Source of the DNA: Spongospora subterranea f. sp. subterranea
Taxonomy: Eukaryota
DNA: 64,000 nucleotides
Assembly: GCA_049724395.1 (NCBI GenBank)
Contig: JAUGWO010000031.1
Coordinates: 1-64,000, forward strand
Direction: 5' to 3'
Part shown: in pieces, positions 37,526-51,232 of the stretch
Position numbering within the stretch: position 1 is the stretch's first letter
Layout of the letters: every line of letters begins with the position of its first letter
Translations under genes and position numbers: made by a program
The notes under the pieces: model-generated
Databases searched by the model: none
What the model saw: only the letters and a program-made list of their open reading frames with translations
What the model was told of the DNA's origin: nothing

Positions 37526-40500
37526 CTAACGTCTCCGACGTGTTTTGTATCTAGGATCTGATGAGAGCCATCTTGTGTTCCCATAAATGCTGGCCGTATC
37601 ACAGTCCTCGTCGTCTTCTTGATCAACGGACTCCATGTTGAGGCGCCGATCGTACTGGTCCATATGGTCCAAATACTGCTCAATACATCGACTTGGGTCG
37701 TTTATTGTATTATCAAGCCTCTAAGTGATAAAGGTATGTCAAATATCGATAGCGACTAGTTGATTTAGCCGCCTTACCGTTAAGGTCTGGATTCTCTCGT
37801 CATTCCTGTTGAGAATGATATCGGTATCAACATCAGGAAGCGCATCCAGCCAGTTAGGATTAAACTCTGGGTTATCCTGAGGGCAATCAGTTGAATTCGT
37901 CTGGTGCTGGTCATGTACTTCTTTCTGATGTGGATCTAGACAAGATATTGTCAAACCCGTGTTGTCTTCATCATCCGGAATGAGTAATCGCGATCGAGAG
38001 ACAGCTTGAACATAAGGATTGGTCAACAACTGAAAATCGATCGCGGGACAAGGAACTGAACACTGAACTGGGGATAAAGGGCTGTGAAGTTGTGGAAGAG
38101 TGGATGGAGTCAGTGGAGATTGGGAACGATCTATGGGGTAAACCAGCTGGCTTAACGATGGAAGCGATGAGCGAATAGGATGCAGACGATGAGGTGGAGT
38201 TAAGGGAGGTGACTGGGGGGGAGATGGAGACCAAGATGAAGATGAAGAGGGAGACGATGGGGCAAGAACCCATTCTGAACTGGCAGCCATGGACTCGTTA
38301 ACGGTAATAGGAGGGAATTTGGACAACAAGGGGTCAGGTTGGGAAGTTGGTTGATCATTTCGGGAATTTTGATTTGAAAATTTAGAATTGAGCTGATCCA
38401 TCAGGTTATCCTCTAACTTCATCTGCCTGGCTAAAATCTCATTGGTCTTATTCATCAACATTGATATGATCTCAGTATTGTCATGAACTCCTGGGGCCCT
38501 TGCCCCATGCATTACAGCTCCTTGCCCCAGATGTGCAGATGAGGGACCATTATCGACGTTAGAAACAGGCTCAGCCTTGAATGGATCATCATTCCCTTTT
38601 CCTCGTTCAACCCTATTGTTGTTTTCAACACGTTGATCATTCTGTTCATTTAATCTGGCTCTAGCTTGTGCTGTTCTCCCTTCTTCCTTATTTAAATAAT
38701 CCTTCTGTCCCTTATCTCCTCGTGTAGGACTTATCTGTTTTTCTAAAACACCTTTCTTCATCGATTCTTCTAAGGCCTTTTCAGCAATCAGACGATTCTG
38801 AAGTTCCTCATTTTCCTTAGCCAACTTCATGGCCCAATTGGCTTCCTCCTCCATCTCCCTGACCTTCTCGTTCCGTTTCTGTCTCTCCCTCTCTTCCATC
38901 TGTTGCATTAGCACCGCTCTGTACTTCTCCTCCTTGGCCCGTTTCGCCGCCTGTACTGATCCCGATTCAGGAGCCAACCCCATCCCAAGGGTTGCTCGCG
39001 AGGTCCCTATTGCCCCATTCCCATTTTCCTCTGATAAGTTCTTACTGCTACGTCTCTCCTGGATCTGCTCTTCTAGCTCTTCTGCATATCGCCGTTTATC
39101 AGTTAACTCAATAAGCCGATCTGTTCGTTCTCCTCTTCCTAGAATTGGTGACCACATTATCTCAGTATCCCCATTGATATCCTGTCCTTGACCCAAACCA
39201 CCTTTCGTATGACCCCCTTCACCTTCTCCTAATTCTCTTTGTCCAGATTCACCACGCCAATGATCTTGTCGACCTTCCCCGTTTGGATTAAATCCGTCTC
39301 CTGGATTTTGCTGATGATTTCTCCCATTGAGTTGGTCCTGTAATTCTCTTGCATATTTTTGTGTGTCGTGATCAATGGTTTGACCTTTTTGTCTCGTGGT
39401 TTGAATCCTTTGTCCAAATTTTGATGAAGGCGAATGATCATGACCCATTTGTGTGTCGTGATCAATGGTTTGACCTTTTTGTCTCGTGGTTTGAACCCTT
39501 TGTCCAAATTTTGATGAAGGCGAATGATCATGACCCATGTCGGGATCACGATTCAGGTGTCGATGTTGACGCCGCCTTTCTTCCCCTTCCCTGATCTGTT
39601 CCTGCAACGCTTTTGCATATTCCAGCTTGCTCCTCCGATCCAAATCCCGATTGCCCAGCCCGTATCCAATTGATATTGGGGAGTTTGATCTCTCTCTAAC
39701 CGCAGCTTTAACCCGTTCAACACCTTTATTCGCATGTTCATCCATTTGCCGTTGAAGTTCTCGCCCATACTCTTTCTGCTGCTGAATTCTGTCTGTTTCA
39801 CTCTTTTCCTCGAATCCCAAAGAAAACCAATCATTATTTTGCTGATTCTTTTCATTTGCCCCGTGATCTCGTCGAGTCACAGTTTCCTTTTTCTTTCTTT
39901 GCTCTTCAATCTGTTCCTCTAATGCTCGGGCATATTCCCTCTTGTTCTGATTCTCACTCAACCGAGGCTGATTCAATCCCACCAAATATCCTGAGTGTCG
40001 ATCTCCACGACCAGTTATTGGATCATATGTCTCTTTACTCCTTCGATTTCCCTGGTCGTTATGACCATTGATCGTTTCTATTTTTTCAATCGCAATTTGA
40101 TTTTTGAAGTCTCGAGCATGTGCATTATTTGTTGATGATTGATCAGCCTGAGATCGCTCATCGAATCTAGTCAATGAGCGTATTTCCTCATTATTATCTC
40201 CATTATCTGTATTTGCCGCCCTACTGTCAATTCGCTTGTCGCTGTTGAAAAGCTCATCATATTGAGGGTCGGATCGATTAAGATTGGCGCGACCAGTGGT
40301 TCGATTTCGTCGAGGGGCAGGCGATTGATGCCGTTCGGGATACTGATCAATATCATCGGAATATTGCTGCAGCGGTACCGAAGTTGTATTTACAGAACGT
40401 GTCTGTGGAAAATTGGTGGCAGCGTTCAGGACCTGGTAAGGATTCTGGTCGAAAACCTGATGTTGGTCGAACTGATGGTTATTAGCACTAGATTGATATT

Positions 40501-41202
40501 GAGGTTGAAATGAGGTTGGTGACCCATGATGAGCCAAACTATATCCAGAATCTGATGGAGTTGGTGTCCCCCAATTCCCTCGATCATATTTGGGTTCCAC
40601 AGTCGTCCCGTGATCGTTAATCCTCTCATTCTGTTGAGCTTGCGATTTTCGTTCTTGATCCAGTTTTTTCAGATATTCTGACCGTGCTTGTTGTTTGGAT
40701 TGCTGCGACTTGATTTGGATTTCCATCTGTCTAAGGCGATGGCGCCGTTCCCGTTCTGTTTCTTGCAATTGTAGCACCTGAGGAACTTGAGTTGGTCGAT
40801 TGGCAATTTCAGGAAGAGCATTTGCTGTCGTCGATGGCCTCGGCGGCGTCAATTGTAGCAAGTTCTGATTTCTGTCCAGCAGCTGTTCGAGATCGTGTTG
40901 CCCAATCACTTCCGCAATATCGTTTGAGTCGATCTGATTCGCCATTCCATAATTGGAGTAGTGTTGGATCAGCTGACGTCGTTCTTCAAGCGCTTCTTGC
41001 TGGCGTCGCCTGCGAAGTTGACCCAGCTCCTGTTCCTGGTTGAACTTAGCGGCTTGCTGTTGGTGTCGGAGCCTGTGCCATTGGATGATGAAGACGGGCG
41101 GAGCGAGTCAATCGCATGTATCTACCTCTGCCCTCTCCATATCGATGGGGCTGCCTCTCCAATCTTACCAGATACCAGTCCTCCACCCCCTGGCCCACTC
41201 AT
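37526..41202 (-). CDS. CSPP1/CCDC66-like centrosome or ciliary coiled-coil protein (3 predicted exons)
   Basis: A 1068-aa ORF with repeated Y.xEL.xQI.E motifs and a C-terminal RNDERIQTL..ASIYGNTRWL. GT-AG introns extend it at both ends. Confidence 0.65.
39359..39538. repeat. In-frame 90-bp tandem duplication
   Basis: MGHDHSPSSKFGQR(V/I)QTTRQKGQTIDHDTQ occurs twice. Confidence 0.95.
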
Positions 41203-41308
41203 TACACCATCATTGGATTATCGCCAGATTGAACCCTATTATCTTCCCATAATCCACTGCAATCTGTGTGACGACGACTGACTACTGTCCACTTAACAAT
41301 ATATCAAT

Positions 41309-42623
41309 TTATAGGTTGAGAGATTGCACCGATTCGGCAATATCATCTACACTTGGAGATTCTTTTTCGTCTTCGTCCTTATCGTCGTCCTCTTCGCTCT
41401 CCTCAGCATCCTCATATTCGTCATCATTCAGGTCCATGTCTCCTAGAACGCACTGATCGCTGAGCGCAGCCGTCAGGGCGCCCAATCCGGCGGCGCTGAT
41501 CAGATTACCATTCAGCTCCAATACTTTCAAGGACGAGGGCAATGAACTTGCTAAGGCCATTGCACCCGATTCAGTTATCTCATTGACGCTAAGATCAAGG
41601 ACTTTCAAAACGGTCGAGTCGCGAATCGCTCTCTGCAACGGCGATGGCGCCACTGCTGGAAAGCTCATTCTCACTGGCTCGGAACTCACTTAGCGTTGGT
41701 AAAAGAGTCCTAATCAGGCGTCCAATGAAGGGAGCTGATTCCGACGGTAACTCGTTGCATGAAATATCCAAAGAAAGCAATCCAGGTTGACTGGTTTCGA
41801 GAGCCTCCACCAGAGCTTCAAGACCTTGTAAACCCATACCAGTAGCGCATACATTCAGATGGAGCAATGAAGGAAGGCGGGATATGGCTTGGGTAGATAG
41901 CGCCATCATTCCAATTGACATAAAGTTATTATCAGCGAAGTCAATCCTGTTTAACAGCGCCCCAGATTGTTGACATGCTGTGGCAATGGCTAGAGCGCCA
42001 TCAACTCCGATTCGGGTGGACGAAATTCGAAGATCAGTGAGGGATGGCGACATTGACAATAGGGTTGATAATCCAATTGCGCCAGCACTCTCAAGGAGAT
42101 TATTGAAGGTGTGGAATTTCTCGAGCTGTGTCGATTGCTGAGCACCATCAGTCATGAGATGAGATATTTGTTTAGCAGCTAGACCTTCTAAACCATTATT
42201 GTTGAACGATAAACTCTTGAGGTTGTCTCTGCAGGACGTTAATAATGGAGCGACAGCGTCAACCCCTTTGAGACCCAGCGCGTTGTCAGATAGGTCTAAC
42301 CCTTCCAGCGAGAACCCGTGAACTGAGAGAGATTTGGCAATCGCTGACAACACTTGAAGTGCCTCTGACTCTGGTAGGCTGGCGATGATATCGTTTAGAT
42401 GAGCATGCCTCAGCGCGCCTTGTTCAATAACCGACAACGCGTCACGGCATATCAATTCGGCAGCTCCAATCGATAACGATTTCCCAGACAAATGCAGATG
42501 GCTAACTTTGCGCCATAGATCTACAGACAGCTCTTGAATCAGGATCGCGGCTCGATTTGCATCGATGACTTCTCTGGTGGTTCCGGTGGAGGTAAGGGAG
42601 AAGGTGACTGAAGTATAGTCCAT
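41309..42623 (-). CDS. RANGAP: Ran GTPase-activating protein (LRR plus acidic tail); frameshift near 41630
   Basis: Ribonuclease-inhibitor-type LRRs (LDLSDNALGLKGV, FNNNGL, DFADNNF) followed by LGDMDLNDDEYEDAEESEEDDD. Confidence 0.85.
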
Positions 42624-43162
42624 TGTGATATTATCTGATGGGTAATGAACTGGATATTAATGGGGTTATTACAGCGGTATGATACAGTGGGTCTCCGGTA
42701 TTTGGTACCGGTATGGTCGGGAGATTAGGACCTGCGGATTATCTGGCGCACCGCGCAACCCTTTCGCTACACACTACACCTAAATACTAATTTCAATACG
42801 TAAAAATGAAGAATGAAAGGGTTTGCACTCAGAGGTTTGAGGTGCACGTAGGCTTTCCGCCGCTATCAAGATCATCGGCGCATCGTTTGTAGAGTATGAG
42901 CAGAGGCGGGCACCTATTTGATTCGTTTGAGTCCGGACGGAGAACTGCTTTGGTTCAAGCACTCATAAAATAGGAGAGGGCATATTTGCATACATCATTT
43001 TTGGCTGGTTTATAAAAATATATATTGCGCAATCGCTCTTCGGGACAGCGTTGAGTATCGACGATTTGACCTTGCCTTTAATAGAGAACTAATGATAACA
43101 TTGATCATGTACTCTACTTCTGGAGCACACCAAAGTCACTTTCAGCAGTCCCTTATCAAAGT

Positions 43163-44600
43163 TCACGATCCATCTTCTTCTTCGTTCTTAAATACATCAT
43201 ACGCTCTTACAAGATCAGCCTCGACTTTCCGGCCTGCGAACCATCTTCCTTCTAGTGATATTCTAGCTTTCGCCGCCGACGATGGCTCGTCAAATAAGAT
43301 GAATACTTCAGGCGACATGCCTGATTTGGAGACGATTTTCAACTGATTAACCGTTCCGTACTAAATGCACTAATTGGTCAACTGGGTCGGACCAGAACAC
43401 CTACCCCAGGTACCTGTTGACATTCTGATTTTGCTTCTTCCTCCAAACCATCATCGATAGGATCATTTGGTCCCACCATATTTCGCAATCTCAGGGCCCG
43501 AGAGCATACTATAGGTGGCTCGACAGCACTTTCTCCCGGTTGGGAAAGCGGTTTAGGATTCACTACTAAACTAGCAGAAACTATCCCATTAGGACACGCT
43601 GTTGCAGGCCCAACTTTGAGGGACCTTCCCATTAATTCAAACCTAATCGTTGTTAACCGGAGAAACCCAGGGAATACCATATCTATACCCATTCATTGCT
43701 CTCAGAGCACCCATTGCAGCGACATCAGTTTCAAACTCGATAAAACCATACCCTTTATGGGTTCCAGTTTCATGATTCTTAGACAAATTAAGAAATCCGA
43801 TATATAAATTACGACGATACTGACAAGAATGAGTTCGCAAGATTTGATCGCACCGAATGCCTGAAACACGTTCACGATATGAGCCTCTGTCAGGTTGAAT
43901 GCAATTGATCCAACGTATATCTTGGTTGAGTTCACATCAGACGATGGAAATACCGATGGTTTGGGCACCGAACCGGGGGCGTTTTGGATTGATGGAGGAA
44001 GAGGCAGGAAAGCTGACATACCCGAAGTCTGTGCTGGAACCTCCCTTGTGGGCTTGCCAACTGGGTAAACAATTCAGCGCTATCAATCAGCCGGCAGACG
44101 ACGAAAAAAACCTTTGATACAGCGGCCAAATATCATGTGACCATTCATTGCGAATGCGTTGGCAGCGGATGCTGGGTTATCAAATTCGACAAAACAGAAT
44201 CCTTTTGATCGAGACCCTTCCATGGGCATTGAAACAGCTACGATATTTCCAAATTGTGAAAAGTGGGCTTTAACGACGTCAGCTAAAGCGCACACGATCA
44301 GTCGTTGTTTGCGACGATGTTGAATGGGATTGGACACCATTGCAATCATATGGCAGACTTCCAACGTATACTCTATTAGCCATCATAACGGCCGCAGCAA
44401 CTGGCCTAGGAATCGCACCAAATATCGGCATTGGCTTCTGTATTGATCCCAACTCCTGTGAAAATGTTTCACGTCATCGGTAGAATAATCATCCGGTCGT
44501 TTACCACCATCCGATCCTTCGACGGAGCTGTCGGGCCAATATGAGCAGCAGGTTTTGAGCGTTTCTTGGCCGGCTCGTCCATGGTTTCCTTATTGGGCAT
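43163..44600 (-). CDS. PUF60: PUF60-like splicing factor (RRM-RRM-UHM), multi-exon
   Basis: RVYVGS..SKGFCFVEF; KIYVGSI..HKGYGFIEF..AMNGFELMGRSLKVG; UHM LRNMVGP..SEC..LEGRWFAGRKV. Confidence 0.8.
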
Positions 44601-44795
44601 CAACCCGACCTGACACTCTGTCTAGTATTGTTGATCTAGTGGTATAAGGAGCGAGTCTTGTGATCACAGGAAGGATCGCTCTCTATACGGTTAACCGGTT
44701 CCTGTAGTACCCCATTGCAAAATCCCAAAACCCACAGAGATAGGTAAGTACAGGGCTCCAATTTGACTGGGGATAGGAACCCGTTCAGACTAGAG

Positions 44796-46094
44796 TTATA
44801 GGTGAGAGTGGGTGTGTGACAGGATTATACCAGACATGAAATGGTTCAACAGGGTAGGGTAGAGTATCACCGGCACAACGGGTTCAACTACCAGTAACAC
44901 CACGACGGGCACTTTAGACAAGATTATTATTTTTATATTATTGGCGTGTTGCGCCCAGAGTCTCGAATGGTGTGGCGCCCAGATTTGCATCGACCTGCAT
45001 ATTGATACGGCTTCCTCTCGGATCCTGGGGGACCACGGCACAGACTAACCGAACAATATTCAATATATTTGCAATTGAGAAATTCACGTCAACTTACGTT
45101 GGAGATAATCCAGAACCGATAAGAACCGGCGTACTCGCGTTGACGTTTGAAACTGGAGGATCTATCATCGTTAATGCATACTTGACTAAACTCCATTTCT
45201 TGATCAAACAGTTCTTCCAAATCAAAGACGTCCAGTTTCGAGCGAGCAAGCGACCAAAGCGATTTCAGGAAATACCAGAGCGATTCATGGCCTGGATATG
45301 TAGTGCATAAATAATGAGCGGCATCGAATTCGTCCCTGAAAAGGAATTGTCCACGTTCAGCCAGTTTTTGTATAACGGTTATCCGGTAATGGCAGGCGCT
45401 ATAATCAGAGATGTGCATCGCGATCCAATCTCTGGATTCCTGTAGCCGAGCGGACAGAGCTAAGGGTGCCTGATCGGTAATTCCATTGCCTATGGCACCA
45501 GGCGTAGTAATTACGAGGATATATATCGCAAATCCGGTCACACGTCTTCAATTCAGATTGAATCAAATCGGAATCGAATACCGCAGCGGATCGGCATAAC
45601 AGCCACCGTCTATATGCCCACGCTTCTCCGCTCTTTGAGTGTTTTGAAAATACCAGGTTCAAAAATCTCAGCTCTGCCAATAAGCCGATCAATCCGGATT
45701 CAACCATGCGTCGCCTTTGTGTCCATGCTGAGTAATGGTCTGGATTGATCAAGAGAACAGCGCGTGTTGCGTTCATCAATTCTGGACCGATCGACACAGA
45801 TCGAATCAGTTCCAGCGCGGTTCTCATAATAAGAGGAACTACCCAAAATGCAATACCAAGCTTATGATTTTCATGGAAAAATGGCGTCTCTGGTCCGGTT
45901 GCTGGCAGACCGAATTCCCCAGCGCAAGCTGAAAGTACTAATCCCAGCTCATCACTGCGACGTCATGTTTAGGAAACTGGGTAGAAGGTGGCAGCGGGGT
46001 CATACATATCTGGATCTGAATCTACGATCCGCGTGAGCTGGGCGAGCAGCTCATGACCTTGGTCGGGTCTGTTGTCGACCACATCGATCGCCAT
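44796..46094 (-). CDS. PTAR1: Protein prenyltransferase alpha-subunit repeat protein; frameshift near 45481; 3' end uncertain
   Basis: LLINPDHYSAW, KHSKSGEAWAYRRW, YPRNYYAWCHRQW, SDYSACHYR, YPGHESLW. Confidence 0.85.
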
Positions 46095-46351
46095 GACGTT
46101 GATATTGCGCGACCCACATTCTCCGCAACGAATCCCAACATGGCCATGAAAACACGAGTATGAATGGAGTCCATGCAAAAATCCCACGTTTATTGAATCT
46201 CATCTAGGTGGGTCGGCTTCGCAGCTGCGGTTGCATATCAAAGCGGACACATTTTTGGCTTGCTTTGAACACTGTATTAGTTTGAACCAAACTCACAAAA
46301 TATTGAGATTATCAGCGTATAAATGTATTTGAATAAATAAGTTTATTTACA

Positions 46352-47947
46352 TCACCATGGTTTGGTTATTCCCATATTACCAGTCTTATAGTCTTCAATC
46401 GTGTTTATGATGCCAGATATACCTAGGAGAATGGTGGAGACAATGATCATTATGGCGATCGATCCGACGAGGAATGATGTCCTGATCAATATTTCGTTGA
46501 GTAATATATTCAGGCTCGGTTGACAGAAGTTACCGATTGTATTTAGCAACCAAGTACGAAAACGTTATTTGACCAGAGGCCGTTGCCGCAATACCAACCG
46601 ATAGATAGACAATCGAATACGAAGGTAATAGCATATCTATTGCCTTATTTAAAAGTGAACAATGTCAATACGGATGGCAGCGTACCTAATATAATATACT
46701 GAGTTAGTGCCGAAGAGGATGTCAACAAGACAGCTGTGGCCGAAGTGGCAGAGACAACAAGATCATGAAATCCTAGCTCAATTAGCAAAGGCGCCAAAAC
46801 CATACCGCCACCAATTCCAAGAAGTCCACCAATAAGGCCAGCTAATGCTGCGAATATTGGATAAACTCCAGAATTCGGGTTGGTCCATATCACTTCCGAC
46901 GACTGAAAGAGAACCAAAATTAGAATCCAGAACCCCATTAAGAATTAGTGACTGATACATTAGGAATCCAACCAGTAGCTAGCTTGGCCTGAATTCGTTT
47001 ATTTAGGTTCGATGAAAGAATCCAGGTTAATATGGATAATGTGAAGATGCCTCCGATAGTCAAAACCCAGTAAGTTAATGAATACGAACGCACTCCGATA
47101 ATTGAAGGCTCTGAAATTACTTGAGATAACTGCTATCAACAAAACAATACAATTTCCGACCTCCTGATTTGCCACTTCTAAGGACAGAAAACGCTACGAC
47201 AACCAACCAGATAACGCATATCATTATCGACTCAAAATGACTGCTTGTGTCTTCAGAGAGAACCGGATCTGCAGAACAGCCGACATCACTTTGTGCATCA
47301 TGAAGAATTTCATCTGCGGACAACCTCCTCATGTTTTCGCGCTTCCATTGCTGGATGGCTTTCATTGTGGTACGTTTAGCGATATAGATCATGATGACAA
47401 AAAGCAAGGCAGTAATTGCCCAAGTGGGTAATATGACGTTGAGAAGCACCCCAATAATCGTGCCTAAACCACAGCTTTAAGATGTTTATCGATATTACTT
47501 GGGGTCAGATTTACCTGCTAACAGCATTGGTGTGAACATCATTATTACTGTATAATCAATAACAGGCTTTTTTGGGTTGATTGGGTTCCGCGACCTCACG
47601 TTAAAAGCCAGATTCACTAATGCGCCCCCAAAAATGATTGCTTGAGATATGGGAATGGCTTGCTTGGGTTTCATTCCCCCGACTAGGATTAAAATTGGAA
47701 TGAATACGCCTCCACCTCCGACACCACCTCCAGAAGCAACAGCGGAACCGATAAATATTAAAGCCATAGCGGTAGCATCGAGCCAGCCAAACTTATTCCA
47801 TAAACTTTTTGCTTCACATTCTTTTGCTGGCGAACACACGTGATCGGCATCGCAATCCGATACAGTTTCGCATGATTTTGAATATGATGATGTGACAGTT
47901 AAGATGACTACTAATGCCACAAAGAAATAGTGTCTATGGAGAACCAT
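46352..47947 (-). CDS. Sulfite exporter TauE/SafE family membrane protein, multi-exon
   Basis: SGGGVGGGGVFIPIL..AIPISQ..PVIDY..PMLLAG and AGLIGGLLGIGGGMVLAPLLIELG..VSATS. Confidence 0.9.
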
Positions 47948-49499
47948 TCAAGATAGGTGAAAACGCCTAAAAAATGCTGCAGTCGCGGAGCGGCAGATCC
48001 AGATCGAATCGGCGAAACAATCGTTGAAAGACCCTCGTCGTCGAGTCTGAAACTGCACTTGTGCACGAGAACGGAGAAGATTATTGCGGAGATATTTTAC
48101 TGGATTAGATAATTGGATCAATAACCACCAACGAGGATGAGGAACTATTGGCGCACAATTGACGATGATTGACTAGAGCAAAAGATCGACACTTAGGTTT
48201 CAGGTCAGTTTCTGACCCGATTTACCAACTGTGTACGGGTCACCCAAATAGGTATATACCGTGGCGTAGTCCCTCGAACTCGACCAAGTGGATCGTTCAA
48301 CCTCAAGTCCTCAACCTGTCGGATCTTAATCAGCAACGGCGCGGTTGCCCTCTTTTAGTGTCGGCCGGGCTGTTCTATATTCTGGATGGTGTCGTATTGA
48401 CCGGACGGCGGTGAATGCAGGTCGAAGCATATCCCCCGGAGAACCGATGTTGATTCTTTTTGCGCGCCACCATTGGTTCCCCAGACCATATTATTTTCCA
48501 TAACAACGTATCATTTGCTTATCGAATTATACGATTTTTCATGATTCCAGCGCAAGATTGTCTGCGTTCAGCGCGATTCGAAATCATTTCAAAAAGTACG
48601 ACAAAAAAGTCGCATCTAAATGTTCTATTTTGATTAAAATTTCGAGTTATTACGACAGATGCCCTTCGTTAGTAAATTTTAACGCCTTCATTTGTTTGTT
48701 TGAAATATTTGAGTTTATTATTTTGCTAAGCCTGTTATTCAGGTTCAACAGAGTGTAGGTAGGTAGACGATTGGACGCGTTAAAACGTATGCACGAAGGA
48801 TCTCTGCTATACTCTTGTCTTGTCACTTACTCAGAATACAGCATTCAATAGCGTTTTCTTTCTTCAAACTCTGTTTATACGATTTTGAATGGTTTTGTTT
48901 CTGAGACAACGGAGAAGCTCGACGATCGTTTCCATTTCAAACGGTGATACTCAAATATTAGTAGGGTCCGAAGAAGTGTGAATTCTTACAAAGCTGTGCC
49001 CATCCCGAAATGCCTTCCTTTGTGATGAACATCAGATTGGGTCGAGCAATCTGTGGCATGCGAACATTTGCCAGAGTTCGATGATTACCAATTATTTCGC
49101 GAAAGGAAGGCTTGTTTGGCCACGAATAGCTATTCCGCCCGTCGCGGTTGCAGACTGAGGATATCAGAAAAAAGTTGAAAACGATCCGATTTTACAATTC
49201 GTTTATAGCTGATTCTACGCTGGATGTTTGCAAAGACCTGAACTTTACTAAGCAAATGGCTAGAGTTCATACATTCGCTTTTGTAATGCGAAACTCTCTT
49301 CTTCATGCGCCCTCAACCTCATCTTTATTCCAAAATAAAAATTCGCGTTTGCGCGAATTGCTCGCATGACACTGAATGCTCAACGCAACCTCATGTGCGA
49401 CATTGTCGAATTAAGATCACATGAAGTATCTGAGGTTGCCGTCGCAAAGTTCCAGGCTTGGGGCTAGGGCGGACGCGACAAAAGGGAAAGAGAGATCAG

Positions 49500-49950
49500 A
49501 CTGATCGGCTTCGGGTCCAGTAATAGACACTCTGTTGATGCCGGACCGCATTCATTTACCACTCACGGCTGAGGTCGCTTCATTGATAGACGTTATGCAT
49601 CAGATCTCCGGTCGTATTTCAGACGACGTGCACGGGAAGATCGGTCGCCGTTCGCGACTATGTGCTAGTCGCGACCAATATCAAAAGGGAATCACACCAA
49701 TTCAGATAGACTGGTTTGGTCCTGCTCGAATCGTTGGTATTATCAAAGAATGCATTTATCGTGCAGAAAAACTGATAACCGCGATGACATTCACGTCCGA
49801 CGATTGAAATGTTTGTGCGACCGGGAGTCATAAATTACTACCGCTCTCCAGACAACATCAGCGTCACGTCCTTTACCAAAATCGTTGTGACAAACATTAT
49901 TGACATCCGTCGTGATCCCGAGTCGGGACAGCAGGACCTTCCAAAAGTAA
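49500..49950 (+). mobile_element. Degraded Ty3/Gypsy integrase C-terminus (GPY/F motif, possible chromodomain start)
   Basis: QIDWFGPARIVGIIKECIYRAEKLIT followed by VVTNIIDIRRDP. The surrounding 48.0-50.3 kb has no coherent gene. Confidence 0.45.
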
Positions 49951-50516
49951 AAATGGTTAATCAAAAGAAAACCGTGATTGACTCTACAATAAAGTTATCA
50001 AAAGGGAAGTCTGGAGTGTCGTGCTTGGTTGTGATCCACAGGCGAACACACTCATGCAGCTCAATCGAAAAGCCGAACAAATTCCGATTAAAGAGCGAAC
50101 GCTAGACGATACGCAGAATCGCATCCCATTATTATGCACGATCACTGGTATCAATAATAAGACAATGAAATTGTCTTTCGGAATCTGCATAGCAGATGCC
50201 TCTGTTTGCCACGTGGTGCAAAAAACATTGTCGAAACCGGTGCGCTTTAGGCGGCTGTCAAATGTGAAAATCGTTGCCGCCCTCGTGTCTGGGTAGTACA
50301 CTTGGTTGCGCGGTTGCCCAGTCGCCAGAGACGTAAAGTCGGAAACTGAACTTCAAGTTTCAGCACAATGCTTGGGACAAGTTAAAATGAGGCTGCAGCG
50401 CCCGCCAGACCACTGATCGATCCTAGCGCAGCCCCTATATAAAACTCTTCCCATTATTTGACATCACCCTTTTCTAATCTAAAAGCTACAACCGAACCCC
50501 TTAACTGATTGGGAAA

Positions 50517-51043
50517 ATGGATGCCACAAGTGGAATCTATGATATATCACAAATGGAGATGAAGGTCGAAGAGACGCGATCAATTTTGAAGTAAGTTTTG
50601 TCTTCTTGTCTCTGTTGTTGTTGGAATTTTCTTTTTTCAGGGTAGGGGCTGCCAAAGCCCTTCTTCATGCAATGTCTGCGCCACCATTCAGTAGTCCAGA
50701 CCAAGTTGTCAAAGTAATCGATAATTATTGTTATCATGCGATGCTTAGATCCTTTAGGATTTAGCACGAGATGCCGTTCTCGAATGCATACTCGCTATTC
50801 GCGATGAAGATGTTGACAATGTGATTGGATCGCTTTCGCTGGATAATCAAGTTTGTTTTAAAGCTGCGTGACCAGCAACAAATAACGTATGGTTTTCAGG
50901 ACCTTTTGCTCAAATATGTTTATCGTGGATTCGCCATTGGAGATTCCTGCAACGCCATACTAAAATGGCACGCCAAGATTGTTGAGAGGAATGGGATCGG
51001 CTCCATTATGCGCGTACTCACACAGAGCAAACAGACTGTGTAA
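50517..51043 (+). CDS. ARPC5: Arp2/3 complex subunit 5 (p16-Arc), 4 exons
   Basis: Manual splicing gives ..KALLHAMSAPPF..KDLARDAVLECILAIRDEDVDNVIGSLSLDNQDLLLKYVYRGF..ILKWHAKIVERNGIGSIMRVLTQSKQTV*. Confidence 0.92.
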
Positions 51044-51232
51044 AGTCAATTTCGATAACTTTTGACACGGTGCCGACATTGTTTGCTGTATCTACAACAC
51101 CCTTGTGGTGATTTTATTATTAAAGTATGATAGAAGTACTGTTAAATAACAAATATAGATAGTCGTCATTGGACTCAATGCGGCATGCGCGCTGACCGCC
51201 TTTCGACTACAGTACTGTAATGCCGCCGACCA

